From Lama guanicoe (Eukaryota): DNA of 64,000 bases. The stretch covers positions 4,909,550 to 4,973,549 of the forward strand of contig MU057355.1 in NCBI GenBank assembly GCA_013239625.1, written 5' to 3'. Within the stretch, counting starts at the first letter, position 1, and each line of letters opens with the position of its first letter. The notes beneath the pieces are model-generated. The model worked only from the letters and a program-made list of their open reading frames with translations, was not told the DNA's origin and did not search any database. Made by a program: the position numbers and the translations under genes. Shown one piece after another: positions 38,730 through 52,549 of the stretch.

Positions 38730-39190
38730 ATCTTTATTTTTTATTTATCATTTTTGTTTTGAGAACGTTTAAAATATATAGAAAAATGCAAAAGAATGTA
38801 ATTATGTATGTCTACCTTACAGCAAAAAGAGAGGATTGGTAACATTTTGTAATGTTTATTTCAAAACCTGTTTTTAAAATAGAAATGAAGTACAGCACAA
38901 CAGAAGATGGACGCCCCTTCTAGGCCCTTGATCCTCCCTCCTTAGCCCCTTCCTCTCCTGCAGAGAAAACCACTTGAAAGAAATTAAGCACTTCCGTTTA
39001 GTCTATTTGCAGACCTTTTTAACTTATACGAAAACACAGAGAATATATAATATTGGGGATGCATTTTATAATTTGAATCTTTCTACACTTCTGTCCTGCA
39101 ACTTGCTTTCTTTGCACTCCATGCTGTGATGTTTCGTTCTGTGCAGAGATCTAGTTCATTCATTTTCACCACTGTGTGGTATTGGATTGG
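38730..39190 (-). mobile_element. Old L1 (L1ME-like) 3' fragment
   Basis: aaatatatagaaaa...cagagaaaaccact...ctgcaacttgcttt...tctagttcattcattttcac..ctgtgtggtatt. Confidence 0.55.
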
Positions 39191-39224
39191 GTGATTTTTT
39201 AGCCCCTACCTGGTCTTAACACCA

Positions 39225-39350
39225 AGCTAGTGGTTCTGAAGCTGAACATTAAAGTCACCTGGGGCGTTTAAAAATGCAGATGCCCAGATCCTATTTTTAG
39301 AGATTCTGATTTTGTTGGTCTAGGCATTTGTCTGGGGATTCTGTGATTCC
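39225..39350. mobile_element. MER5 hAT MITE
   Basis: agtggttct...tcacctgggg...aaaatgcagatgccc...agagattctgatt. Confidence 0.65.
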
Positions 39351-40049
39351 AGGGAGGAGAATTATGGATGCCTGCTATGCCTCTCTGGGTAGATTAGAAG
39401 CAATTTTACATTTTCCAACAGAATTATACCAACCAAAATGAATTTGCTAGGGATACTCCCTGAAACCTGCTGATAGCTGTGGCTGAGGGATAGCAAGAGT
39501 CTCTCTCCCTATATCTTACTGCTAAAAAATCATGTTTATGATCCCTAGCAATTGGCACACCCCCACCTCTGTTCCCTGGTAGAAATGGAGGTGCTCCTAT
39601 TGAGAGGAGCATCAGAGAGATGACCCCATCAGGTAAGGGGGAAAACCTCAGAGAGTGCAGTGTGAAAGGAATCTAAATCACTCTTTTCATCATGTTGCTG
39701 CAAAAGTGGAAAGAAACTACTGCCAGGTAGTTCTACAGGAAAATCTATCAGACAGCTGCCCCTCTGCCTTCCCCAATTTTGATTATTGCCAGACTCAGAC
39801 TGCTCCTAGAAAGGCATCCGTTAAACTGCCATTTGTAGCTCTCCTCTAGAGAGAGGAGTCATGGAAACTTGGGCCCTGCCCTCTGAGGGCCAGTCTTCAG
39901 GACAGAGTTCAGGCACCAAGGTGACCTTGGTGGTATTTTATAACATCTTCTTTCTCTTGGCCTCATTCTTTATATTAGCCACAGAGGGAACTACCTGGAA
40001 AGAATGACACAATGAGGTGCAGTTTACCTTTCTGTCCTTATGTAACAGA

Positions 40050-40700
40050 GTCAACAAATACTACTGAGTGCTTGTTAGGCACTGAGCTGCTAGGTCATGG
40101 GTATCCCAAGGGCCCAGGGATATAGACTTCCCCTCCAGTTTGAGATATAGGCCAATGAACAGTTGAACAGTATGAATAAAACATGCTACAGCAGAGGGGA
40201 GCACAGAATGCTCTGGGAAGCAGAGGAGGCTAGAAAGAGAGAAATAAACCTAGACTTGGGGTCTCAGAAATTGAAAACAGTTGAAAACACTAGTGATGCC
40301 TGGCTTCTTCCCCTAGCAAGTCTGGTTTAATTGGTATGGGGCGGGGGCAGGGTGATGAAAAGCTCCCCAAGTTGATTCTAATATGCAGCAAATTTTGAGA
40401 CCCACTTGTCTAAGGTAAATGCAGCTGAATAGGAGTTAGCCCCACAAAGACAGGCAGGAAGAGTATTACAGAAAACAGAATGTGCAAAGGCTCAGTGGCA
40501 GAGACAGCAAAGTGGGTTTGGTGAGTGGAAAGGGGTTTGGTGAGCTCAGAGTCCAGGAGTGTTAGACTTGGAGGAGAAGTGTTCAGTTTTGAGTCCAGAG
40601 GGTTACAGAGGCCACTAGTAGAAAATCCCAGAACCTGTCCAAGGACTTTGGGTTTTCCCTGAGGGTTGGACACAGTCAAATTTGCATTTTAAAAGTGATC
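40050..40700 (-). mobile_element. L2 fragment interrupted by a MER5 piece (about 40260-40410)
   Basis: tcaacaaata..tactgagtgc...tgaataggagttagc...aacagaatgtgcaaaggc. Confidence 0.55.
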
Positions 40701-40854
40701 AGTCTGTTTCCTATATGGGAACAATATGGCTGGTGTTAAGGCTGGGATTTCTTTGACTGTAATGAAACATATTATTGCTCTTCCTGAAAACTATTGCTCT
40801 TTAAATTTAAAAATAGGGGCAATAGGATGGGGTTGGGGACAAAGAAAAACAGTA

Positions 40855-41429
40855 CTGGAGGGTAACAGAATGTTACCCAAATTTATGGCACTTTGGCAAG
40901 AGGATTATTTTGAGCTGAAAGCAATTGAGAAGAAGCATATATAAGAAAAGCTTTCTGCCTTCTCCCTATTTGCCTAAAAGCAGGTCATAAATTTGTAAAA
41001 GTGCTTCCCCAACCAGGAAGAATAGAAGTTAACCAACAGAGACAACTCCAGACCATTGATTGTTGGTCCAGAGACAGCACCAGAGGAATCCATGTAACAA
41101 ACCTCACTAAAACTAGCACTTATCTGCCACTCGTTTCCCCCGTATTTGCCTTCTCACAATTTGCCGTCGCTAGAAACTCAAAATCCTATTCCTTTGTCTT
41201 GTCCTTTCTCCAAAATGTATTGCTCTTTTTCTAAGTTGATACATAAGCCCAAATTCTAATCACTCCTTTGAGTTACTCCTCTGAGTATTTCATGTGTATG
41301 GATGATGCACATGTTAATAAACTTGTGTCTTTCCCTTGTTAATCTGTCTTTTGTCAGTCTAATTTATAGGGCTCCAGCCAGAGAAGCTAAAATGGGTGGA
41401 GAAAAATGATTTCTTTTTCTCCCCTAGAG
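40855..41429 (+). mobile_element. ERV1 solo LTR, MER34A-like
   Basis: cactttggca.gaggattattttgagctgaa.gcaattgagaa...gttaataaactt...ttgttaatctgtcttttgtcagtctaattt. Confidence 0.85.
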
Positions 41430-42444
41430 TCCCAATCAATGCATAAGGCTTTATTTATTTTGGCACTTCGGCTTAAATCATTTGGTTTAACCAATATTTA
41501 CTGACCACTGTGTGCCAAGCCCAGTGCTGGTGCTGTGGGGCAGAACCCTGAACTCTGATGCTCTCTGTTGCAAGTTGGGGAACTCAGACAAGCAAGTGAT
41601 TTTTCCAAAGAGCGTTCGTTTGAGTCTGGTTGAAGATTTGACAGTGCTGTTAAATGGGAGGATTCTGTGCCATCCAACTCCACGTAAGCCCTCAGCTAAA
41701 CCGTCAAATGGCTCCATTCATGCTGCAGCTGCAGGATTCCTGAGGTCATGCCAGTGGGCTCTGGGAATGCAAACGAGGGCTCAGTCTTAGATTCTGACAC
41801 CCTGTGAGCTCTGAGGAAGAACAAGTAGGCATTTGTTAGGGGCAGGCCCACAAAAGCACCACAGGAGAGGGGACTGAATGCCTCATGGGATTCCAGGCCA
41901 AATGAAAAAGTTGGTGAAACCTCTGCCACCACAGCTTGTGTGACCTCACTTGCTCGCTGGCTGTGGAAGCAGCTGATGGCCCAGCACCTGAAGCAGGGCC
42001 CCTAAACACCAACAGGGTGGGGGTGGCAGTGCTTCAAGAATGGAATCGGTGCTTTCTAACACAAGGTGAGGACTGTTAGGCCAAGCCAGGTTATGGAAAC
42101 AAAGGCTTAGTAAGGCAAGGAAGGGATAAAGGCATCTTTTACTGGAGTCCTTGGACCATTCCTCTTCACATGTACCCAAGAGGGAAACAGTGAAGAAAAA
42201 ATACAAATGGCAGAGTAGAATTCACCACAGAGAGCAGCAAAAGCTCAAACCCTTTCTAGATCATTCTTTGTGAAACTCAGTTCCCCTAGTAACTCAGATT
42301 GTTCATTTGCTCCTAAAATTTGATTCTGCTACGATTGCCAGTGCTACGGTTGCTTATGGTACTCCAGGGCTATGTCCAGGCATCACTTACACTCTGGGTA
42401 TTAGCACTTTTATGTATTATAGTGTGACTGAGACCATGAGTATA

Positions 42445-42660
42445 GAGGATCACTCCACCTCGCACTACTGATGTTTTGGACCACATGATTCTGTGTTGTT
42501 GGGGGCTGTCCTGTGCTTTGTAGTATGTTTAGTAGCATCCTGGTCTCTACCCATTAAATGTCAATAGCACCCCCTAGTCACGTTGCTGAAAACATCTCCA
42601 GGCATTGCCACATGTCTCCTAGGGATAAAATTGCTCCCTGGCTGAGAAACACTGGTATAG
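42445..42660. mobile_element. MER20 hAT MITE
   Basis: tgttgggggctgtcctgtgc.ttgtag.atgtttagtagcatccctggtctctaccca...tgagaa.cactg. Confidence 0.85.
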
Positions 42661-43429
42661 AAAAGTAGAAGAAGGTTTTGATATGAAATCTAAAGAAACA
42701 GAATAGGGATCAATAGTCTTTTGTTGCTTAGAGTTAGCAGTTTCTGTACAGGAAAGAAGCCCCAAATGACCATAGTCTTGAGTAGGATTTTAACCTTCCA
42801 CATAAAATAAAAGACCTACATAATACTAAAACAGCAAGCCACATATATAGTCAGTCAGTTCAGTCACATCAACCCAAGGGTTTATTACATTACATTCAAT
42901 AGGCATCAGCTGTGCTTTGACTGTGTGCTTCACATCATCTAGGTCCTCACACAGCCCATGCCCTATTAGAATTAATAGTAGAATTAGAACTCCTGTGATT
43001 AAACAGTAATGCCCCAAATGACTGCCTCTGGGAGAAACTTAATAGTCTTTCACAGAAAGTATCATGAGGCTACAGAATATAGAAGTTAGTTTCAGCTGGA
43101 CTCTGAGATAGAAGGGACTTTTTTCATGTCCAAAATATTTAAAAGACTTCTCTCAATGTCATAGTGCAGAAAAGATGGCTGATCCTATGAAGGAGACGTA
43201 ACTACCAAAAGGAACTCAAATATAAGAACTCAGGGGATGAGAGAGCCAGAGAAAAGAGGGAGAGGGAGAGAGAGGGAGACAGAGAAGATCTATGGCAATA
43301 AGCTGCCACCTTAATTAAGAAAGAAGCAAACAGCCTGTATTTTAAAGAGCAGAAAACAAAATCTCTACAGAAGCAGGAGATGAAGGCTTGGTCTTTAGAA
43401 CAACTTGAAAAATTATGTAAGCAAAATGT

Positions 43430-43570
43430 GAGACATTCTCACTAGAATGTAAATTCTATAACACCCAGGATTTTTTTTCTCTTATAGTCACATTTTCGTC
43501 TAGGCCTGTATCCCAGGGCCTAGAACAATGTCTGGTGCTGACAGGTGCTCAGTAAGTATTTACTTAAATT
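43430..43570 (+). mobile_element. L2 3' end
   Basis: actagaatgtaaa...gtatcccagggcctagaacaatgtctgg...aggtgctcagtaagtattt. Confidence 0.75.
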
Positions 43571-43749
43571 AATTCTGCAATTATTAATAGGGGATCTGAA
43601 ACAAGAGACAGAAATCCCAGTGCTGTATAGACTCTGGGATCCACAGAGAAGGTCCAGACTAAACTAGAGTTAAAATTATTCCCTCAAAATGCTTAAAGAC
43701 CAGTGTAGATATTTCCAAATGACACAGGAGGTATTTTTAAAAAGCAGGA

Positions 43750-44640
43750 TTGTTCTCAATTAGAGGACACCAAAGAGAAAGGACAACCAAATGTAATGTG
43801 TGATCCTTGATTTCATCCTGGAATGGAAAAAAAAAAAAACCGTAAGACATTTGGGGGATAATTGGAATAATTTGAATATAGACTATATATTAGGAATATT
43901 GTATCAATATGTCCAGAAAACTTTGTTCATAATAGCCTAAAAACTCAAAACAGCCTGGTGAGGTAAATAACAAGCTGAGCTACATAAATAATATAATCCT
44001 GATCAGTTATAAAAACGAATGAACTACTGATATACCATGCAACATGAATGAATCTCATAAATTTTGAGAGAAAAAATGCTAAACTAAAATATACATACTG
44101 TCTGACTCCTTTTATGTGACATTCTAGAAGAGGCAAAATGAATCTGTGTTCAGTAGAAATCAGATCAGTGTTTGCTTCTGGGGTGAAGACTGGGAAAGGG
44201 CACGAGGGAATCTTCTAGGGTGACTGAAATGCCCTTTTTCTTGATAGAGGCATGTCTTAATAGAGGCATGGACTATATGCATTTGTTAAAACCAGTTGAA
44301 TTGTACACATCCATATATTTCTCTATATGTAAATTGTCTCACTGTAAAAATTTATTTAAAAATTATATTGATGTTAAATTCTATAGATATAATAATGATA
44401 TTGCCTTTGTTAGGAGAAATGCCCTAAAGTATTTGTAAGTGAAGCATTATCATGATGTCTGCAACTTATTTTCAGTCATTCTAGGGGAAAGGGGGAAATA
44501 TAAAGACAGAAATCGAACAAATTGTGGCAAAATTTAACTGTTAATAAATCTGGGTGAAGGATAGACAGCAATTCATTTTACTTTTTATAATATTTTCTGT
44601 AAATCTGAAAATTTTCAAGATGGAAAGTTGGGGTAAAAAT
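43750..44640 (+). mobile_element. Old L1 (L1MC/ME-like) 3' region
   Basis: caaccaaatgtaatgtgtgatcct...gaatgaactactgata.a..atgcaacatgaatgaatctca...atgtctgcaactta...gtaaatctgaaattttca. Confidence 0.75.
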
Positions 44641-45497
44641 AAATCCAAATAATTTAAACAAAACATATCCTTAGCCATCTTTTCCTCAATAAGAGGAATG
44701 GGAAACTGACATGAACTACCAATGCACATACAGAGGTACAATTTGTTGTATGTAGGAATGTTCAGTCCCTCTATGTAGTTCTTGTTACAGAGTGTGTTTA
44801 GCTATTCAACTCATCCTTTTGACAGGGCAAAAAATAAAATAAAAAGCCTCAGTCTTAGAAGAACCCTGGTCAAAAATAGTAGGAGATATGGGATGCCTTC
44901 TAACAATTTTCTGGGCCACCACCTGAACTCAACCATGTCCCCTCTAACATTTACTGGACACACATTTACCTAAACTGTTAATGTTTTTCAAATCCTTTCA
45001 TCTCCCTGGAAATACCTGTTTCCCAAGGCTTCTGCACAGACTGAGTTCAGATAATCTGCCAGATGATCAACACTTGATCTGATTTGTATTCCAAGACTGT
45101 CCAGTGTAAACTGGGTCTGGAAGGAGGCAAACATGATTAGTTGATGGAGCTCAAGCCATAAATGTCATAGGTGAGAAAGGGCAGGAGCATGGCCTGTGCT
45201 TGGGCGGCATCCTATAGAGTGTAAAGGCAGAGCACATTTAATTCTTTATGTAAATTATACTGTCTGTCAGGATGTCAGATGAGTGAGAAAACAAAGATGT
45301 GAATTTATGGGATAAATGTGCGAAAAGAAAAGGATATGCCAGGTTCAAGAAAGATTTACTACAAAAATTTGTTACAGAGGAAATTCGTTCGGGAAATGCA
45401 GGCAAAACCAAATCTTGGTACTCTTGGCTCACAAGGCAATGAGAAAAAACATTTTTCTATTGCACAGTACTCATGACTGGTGAAAAAATGTGCATAC

Positions 45498-45602
45498 CAG
45501 GTGAAGTTTCTGTCATGGTATCATCAAGATAGTCAAGGAGGCCACAGGAAAGTTTTGAGGCATCTTCTGGAAAGATACTGTAAGGAAAACCCACATGGTT
45601 TC
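45498..45602 (-). other. Candidate 105-nt symmetric (phase 1-1) exon
   Basis: Acceptor ttttccttattatcag|G, donor CTG|gtatgc, open frame NHVGFPYSIFPEDASKLSCGLLDYLDDTMTETSP. Confidence 0.22.
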
Positions 45603-48600
45603 CTGATAATAAGGAAAAGTTGGTTCTTTCCTGAACCATCTATGCTTCTGGGTTAGTTGCAACAGTGGAAAGAGGCAATTTCTGATGTATTAGGGGTAGT
45701 GTAATATTGTGTATTTATCTCCATGAAGATGATAATTCTCTCAGTGAGAAAATCTAGCACAGTTAGTTCTATGTGCAGGTTGAACAAGGAGTCACCAGGG
45801 CATGAATTTTAAGAATTCTTAGGAGTTCTCTATACCTGGATTCAGATTCCTACCATTGCGTGACTCCTAGGGGCTACTAACAATGCACTGAATCTACAAG
45901 GTGCTTTAAGTTTATCAAAGCACCTTCACATTGGGATCTCACCACACTGTAAGGCATAGAAAGTGAGGGATTTTAAATTTGTGTTTTATAGATGAGAATA
46001 TTAAAACTCAGAAACATTGAGTCTTACCCATGGTCATATAGCTAAGACTCAAATTCAGTCTTCTAATTCCTTTTTCCATTATTCTGCTGGACTTATAGGC
46101 AGGGCAAGGTAGCTAAGTGGGGAAGGATAACTCTAGGAGTACCTTTTAGATTTCCTCACTATGATGACTTGAATAGGTTTAGCAGCTTATATAGCTAGAC
46201 ACTTGCTGGGCAAAAGACATCTGACCTTGAAGGACAAAATTAAAAAGATGTATGTTTCATATGGAAGCAACTATTTCTTTTGGCCAAAAGAAGGAGGAGA
46301 TCAGGCATGGGTGGGGAATTTCAAAAGGTACAAGGGGTCCAGGATTGTGTGAAATGGACAAAGAGAATGGATTAATTTAGAGAAAGGACTGTATTTAACA
46401 GCTCACACCAAAGGCTTATTGTCCATTACATCATTTAACCAAGGGTAATGTGAGGATTGCATTTTACTGTTTCTTCTGGAAGTATCCATTTCAGCAAGCT
46501 AAGGAATTCCTGGGGGTGCAACTGAACTGTTGTTTCTTTATCCTCTTGCTTCCCCCTAAATTGCTTTAATATGCACTGTGAGGGAAATTGGACCTCACTG
46601 GTAATTACGAGAAGTGGGTTCAAGCCACAGCCCCAGCAGCTCTGGGTCACAGCTCCTGGGTGAACTTCATCCTCTCTGGATTTGACTCAACTATCTGGAA
46701 AGTGAGGGAGACTTCTTAAGTTCCTCCTAGCTCCAATGTTCTGTCAGCCTCGGTGCAACAAGACATAGATAGGAAATGGCTCCCCTTGGTCCCTCCTGTA
46801 TCCAGCCTTTCTAAGTTATCTAGTCAGTACATGTGCCCCTACTGCGTCCATCCAGGGACACATGGACGTGTGCAGAGAAAACCCTACTGTCTTGATGATC
46901 ACAGTTCTTTTGGGAAGGTGCTCTGATCTTCATTTCTACTTCTTAAGAAGCTGGCCAATGCTGCTTCTGTCCCTTCCCTTTGACATTCCAGTGATAATAA
47001 CTGCCATGATTATTATTCTTATATTATTATTTTATTCTTCAGGTAGTCAGTGAATCCCTGTAGGCTCCTTTCTGGAGTCTTCCCTTGGACCTCTTGAAGA
47101 CTGTAACCTGGAATCAATAACAGGGGATATATCAGAGATTATTTCTCACTACAACTGCTCTATGTATTGGTTTGCTCACAGTTCACATCTTATATAAATG
47201 ATACAGTTACATTTTCTGAGTGGAAAATGAAGTGGGAATTTAATTAACGCACTGAGAATTGTACATAACTTTAGGTAACCCGTAGTTACGTTTAATATGG
47301 GGAGGTTACCCCTTGCATCTCCTTCAGTGGAAAAAATCTATTAACTGATAGTCCCATCCATGATTGTCTCAAAAGGTGAGGATTTCAGGCCAGGAAGGAG
47401 AGAAGAGCAATATGGGGAGGGGAGGGCATTTTGACCCACCAGTGGGTCAGGCTGATCCTAAGCACTATGGTTCGATTAGAAGCATTGTGGCCATCTCTAA
47501 TATATTTTTCTGCCTAGGAGTGGGGGCATGGCTGAGTTGATAAAATTAGTAGCTTATGAATTTTATGTGAGTATATACAAAACTGTAATAATATGATTAC
47601 GTCTGTAACATAAATATTTATGAATACTATTAAAACTGTCTAAGATGCTGGGCTCACGTCCCCAAACGATCCTTATTATATTTATAGTAACCTACTTTTG
47701 GACATATGGTTAGATCAAGCAAGGAGATGGGTGAAAATAAATGGCTGGCCACCGTATTATGCCAAACTGCAGCCAGGGCGTGAAAACAAATAGTTCTTGA
47801 TTTTTTTTTCTGCATGGTCTAAGAATGTCACTACAAGCTAAATGAAAACTTTCCAGTGGACCCAAAGCATCTGATTTCTCACACACAGAATTGCATTATG
47901 TAAATGTGCTTAGCTCCACATAAAGGCAGTAGGAAAAGATTGATTAACTTTGGATTTTGCATGCTTTCAAGCAAATGTCTAAGTACACAGTACTCACTAT
48001 TCTGGGCTTTTAAACAGAACTGGGGAAGGGGGCATTGTATGAGGCTAGTCATTTGAGTTCACAGATACAACTTCCTCTACCTTCAACTTTGTGACCACTC
48101 CATGACTCACAGCAGATCACAAACCTAACTTGGCTTTTGAAACTAAGTGATTCCTTGTCTTCAGCCTGTAAGTCTTTAAAATCTAATACCTGTCTTGGTT
48201 TTACGGCCAGAAAATCCATAATAACATGTTGTTTGTTCCCTCTACTGTGTAGAAACACTTCAGGAGCTAATTCACAGTGTCATTTGCTAAGCAGCCATGT
48301 TATTGAAGAGCTGAGATTTACAGAGAAAAACAATTGCTTTATTGATACAGAGTCATGATGAGTGAGAGGATGGTAGGCAAATGAGGGGTGACACAGGCCT
48401 CTTCAGCCAAGCTCTGTGGTTCCAGAGTGCTGCAAATTCTTGCAGTGCAAGTGGCACTCCCAGTGTCTGGCACACAAGTAGCCATGAGCAGTGTTAAGGA
48501 GAATACAGCCCACGGTACACAGATGTGAGAGGTTGTTGCGGCACTTTGACAGGCTAGCTGTGGCCATCTTGGGTGCTGGCCAGCGAGGGGTAGATCAGTT

Positions 48601-48859
48601 AACCCCAGAAATGCAATGAATACTCTTTTGGCCTAAACTGATCCAAGTCCATTTTGGTTCTCAGATCTCCATGTTCCTGCCTTCTACTTCCCAGACAAAT
48701 TGAACCTGTTCTCTCTTTTACTATTATTATTGGACCAGGCTCCTTTCCCCACCAAGATGCCAACTAACCGGTCTGACAAAATGCCCTTGCCAATGGTGTC
48801 ATGGGGAAATCAAGAATTCTATCAAGCCAGTTTTCTGCTTCTCATGGCCTAGACGGCCC

Positions 48860-49340
48860 CATGAGATCTAGTTTCCTCCTCTTATGCTACTCTCTGCCTG
48901 GTTCCATGCCACAGGCATTCTGGCTTCTTTTGCTTCTGGAATGCTCCTCACCCTCTCTCGCCTTTGACTCTTGGCACATACTTTTCTTCTGCCTGGAGCA
49001 CTTCTTTCTCCAATTAATTTTTTGTTTGTTAAACCAAACTTCACTGATTCTTGAATATCCAGTACTTTACCCAGGAAGTTATTCTTGACACCCTTTGCCT
49101 CTCAGCACCCATGCTTCAGGGTCTTCCTCTATGCTTCTCTGTAGACATTCTCCTTGATGACAACAATTACTTGTTCAATGGACTAAGTCTCTGGGGGATG
49201 AGCTTCCTGAGTGCTGAAGTCTTTTTTGTTTACCTCTGTATCCTCAGCACTTATCCCAGGACCTGGAACATAGTGGACTTGACACATAGTTGTTGAGTTT
49301 AATTAATAAATGAAAGTTAATAATTAATAAGTGAGAGAAG
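48860..49340 (+). mobile_element. L2 3' fragment
   Basis: ttctgcctgga...ctctgtatcctcagcac...cctggaacatagt. Confidence 0.7.
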
Positions 49341-51849
49341 AAATGCATGATTTGCTCCAGTGGGTACATTGCCTTTCAAAGTATAGTTTGAAAGGGTGTC
49401 AGTTATTCGGGTGTGGAGTCCCCATTCGGTTTAATGGTAACCGAGAATCTTTTTTTTTTAATAGTGACTGTACTGTACCTACCTTGATAGGTTTCATCAC
49501 CATTGGGACTACTAGTATCACATCACGGTATCAATTTCAAATTACAATGCGACTCTGCCATCTACTGGTGATATGGGGTAGTACTGTGAAACCTATGACA
49601 AGACGTTTTCATTTTCTCCGGAATCTATTGGGTTGGAAAGCTAGGAGAGGCTTAGATTCCAACACACTCAACCATTTCGTTTTACTAAAGGGGAAGCCAT
49701 TTCCCATGGAGAGTATATGATCACCCAGGACCATACAGCTACTCAGTGAAAGGATCTGAACTCTAATCCAAGCTTCCTGAACAAGTCAGCCTTTTTTTGT
49801 TCTAGATGCTAACAGAAGTACATCTGGCCAACAATGCTGACTTTTTCCAAAAGAAAATAAAACAACTGAAACTTGTTCCATGTTACATGCCAGGAATCTC
49901 TTACTCCCTTGTTTAAAACTCCTCACATTCCAGAAAGCAGAGGATCTGATTTCCTGCTTTCTGTCCAAAGATTTCCTGGATCTGAAGACAGCTGTATGGG
50001 ATCATGTGGGAAAGATTAGACTTACAAAACTTGGAATTTCACACCAAAAAGTTAGACAGAGATATGGAGCAGGGTGTGTGTTGCATGCCATTGGCTTGCC
50101 TGCCATCAGCAAGACTTGGAGGGATTAGAAACACTCCAGAAATTTGTGTTCCGAGAAGCCATCGTCTTTAATGGAAAAACTGACAAACCATAACTGAAAA
50201 AGCTAGGGACTGCCACCCTAATCAGAATAGACAGCATTGGTGTAAAACGTTCCAGAAAGCTCCCCTCTGTAAACCTGTCAGACTTGGCTACAGAAGGATT
50301 AGGTTTTGCAACATATACATATTTTTATTTTTTAGCTACCCCATGGGACTGGATTTAGCCATAGTCATCTTTTTTATCAGTGTGGTTTGCATGAAAATAT
50401 GCCTTTCAACATTCCTGGGATCAGTGCAGGGTCCAAACAAACCAAACCTCTCAGTACCTGCCAGCAGGAGTTTCATCTTTCCTAACAAGTCTCAGAACTG
50501 AGCACTTCAGGGACTGGGCTTCTGAAACAAAGGGAAAAAAAAAAAGATGTGGCTGTCTGGAAGTTCTCACTGGGTACTTCAGAAAAACTTACCTGAAACT
50601 CTTTGGCTCTGAATGTACTTTAAAAAAATCTTCTTTACTCGAAACAGTGCCACCAGCTCATGAACATGTTCAGGCTTATCATTTTGTTCCATAAATTGAA
50701 AAAGTAACTACTTCACATTCCTGGGACAAACCAGGGGAGGAAAATAGTACAGGGTCCCAAAGAGTTAAGGATCATCTAGAGTACCATTTTGGTCCCTTCA
50801 GTGATGGGGCAAAAAAAATCTTCTTGATAAAAAGGAAAACACTAAGGGAAATGTCAGTATTCACTCCATCAGTCTTTTCTCATGATCATCTCTCCTCCAG
50901 TCTCAACCACTAGCATGGTGAATGATGCTCATCATTTCACCATCCCCAGATGTGATCGAGAATGACCTTAGTTTGCATCTGAATCTCTGTACACCCTTTC
51001 CATCTTCACACAGTGCCCATGGCTGAGAGCACTATCCTGATGGCAGAATTTTAGAGCACTGCATTGAGGTCCTGGAGACTTTAGCTCCTCAGAGAAGGAA
51101 AGACTGAGAACATTCACCCAGAGTTTCAGTGCAGTGGTTGTATGAGGACAAGGACGTCCAAATAAGCATCCAAGACCGGGTGAATGTTCTTGTGACTTGA
51201 CCATTACCACTCCTGACTTTTCCCTCTTGGGGATGAACTCAGAGTTCTTGGAATCCTGGGACTCTAAATTATGTTTGAATGTCCCCAGGAGCCTAGAGTG
51301 ACAATTTCCCCCTTGCAAGACCCATGAGGGATAGAACAGCATCCCCTCCTCTGTCCTTTCTCTGATCTACATTAAGGAGATACAGGCAACTAGAGCCCCT
51401 GGTTCTCCCTTTCTAGCCCTCCCATCATCCCACACCTGCCAACATATTTCCTTCTATCTCCACCTACTCCAACTATCAGCTACATTTACTCCACGTTCAT
51501 TTTCATCTCTTCCCTGACTCACACTGTTATTTCAGAGTCATCATTCAAGATCAAACAGTCCAAAATAGCCTTGCAGACTTGCCTTGAGGCACCAGGCTCA
51601 AAAAAATTATTAACTGGCCTTAATCCTCCTTCCTGGCCCTATAAATAGGGTATGATGGTAGTGTGATTTTCATGCTGAAAATAACATAAACACTACACTT
51701 TAGAGAACTTTTGGATCTACCCTTAAATTGTGCCTAACTTAGTTTAGGCCTAGTTTAAGTGATTTCAAAAGAAATTCATATGTTGAGTTCATTCATATGT
51801 AACAACCCAATAAAGCTGTTTTCAAAACAAAAATAGTCAGTTTATACTA

Positions 51850-52060
51850 ATGTTTAACAGTGTGGGCTCTGGCCTCAGCTGCCTGGGTTCACATTTGACA
51901 CCTCTGAACTGGGAGACCCATGCAAGTTACTTAACCCCACTAAAACCCAGCTTCTTCATTTATAAAATGCAGATAATAACAGTACTTCCCTATCAGACTG
52001 TTAGGATTAAATGAGATAATGCACAAAATGTACTTAGCATAGTATCATGTGCATTGTAAA
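51850..52060 (+). mobile_element. MIR SINE
   Basis: cctgggttc...gcaagttacttaacc...ggattaaatgagataatgca. Confidence 0.8.
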
Positions 52061-52155
52061 TTCTATTGTTTAAATATATAAGACCGTCATTTTATATGGC
52101 AGACATTTCAACATGCAGTATCGCATTTAATCATGATAACTCCATAGCGTAAGTA

Positions 52156-52341
52156 CAGTCGTCCCTCTGTATCCAGAGGGATAGTGCCAGGACCGCCACA
52201 GAACTAAAATGCCTGGATGCTCAAGTCCTTTATACAAAGTGATGAAGTGGGCCCTCCACATCCCCACGCCTCGCATCCCAGGATTCAACCCACCCTGGAT
52301 CAATCTGCGGTTGGTTGGCCCCATGGATAGAGGGTTGACTA
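52156..52341. mobile_element. Internally deleted MER2-like (Tigger/mariner) MITE
   Basis: TA|cagtcgtccctctgtatcc ... ggatagagggttgacta terminal inverted repeats; ggatgctcaagtcc. Confidence 0.8.
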
Positions 52342-52549
52342 TTCTTTGTCCCCATTTTGTAGACTGCTCGCTGTCTCCTGGAGGTAAAACTTTTTGCACA
52401 GCTTTCTCAAAGAGGATTTGCTCAGCCACACATCCTAGAGTCTGAAGGGGCCTCCTCATTCCACAGTGACATTTGCACACTACTGTTCTTTTACCCTCTT
52501 GTAAAAGCCCCTGCTCCACCAAGACTCCTGCTATTGGCTCTACCATCTT

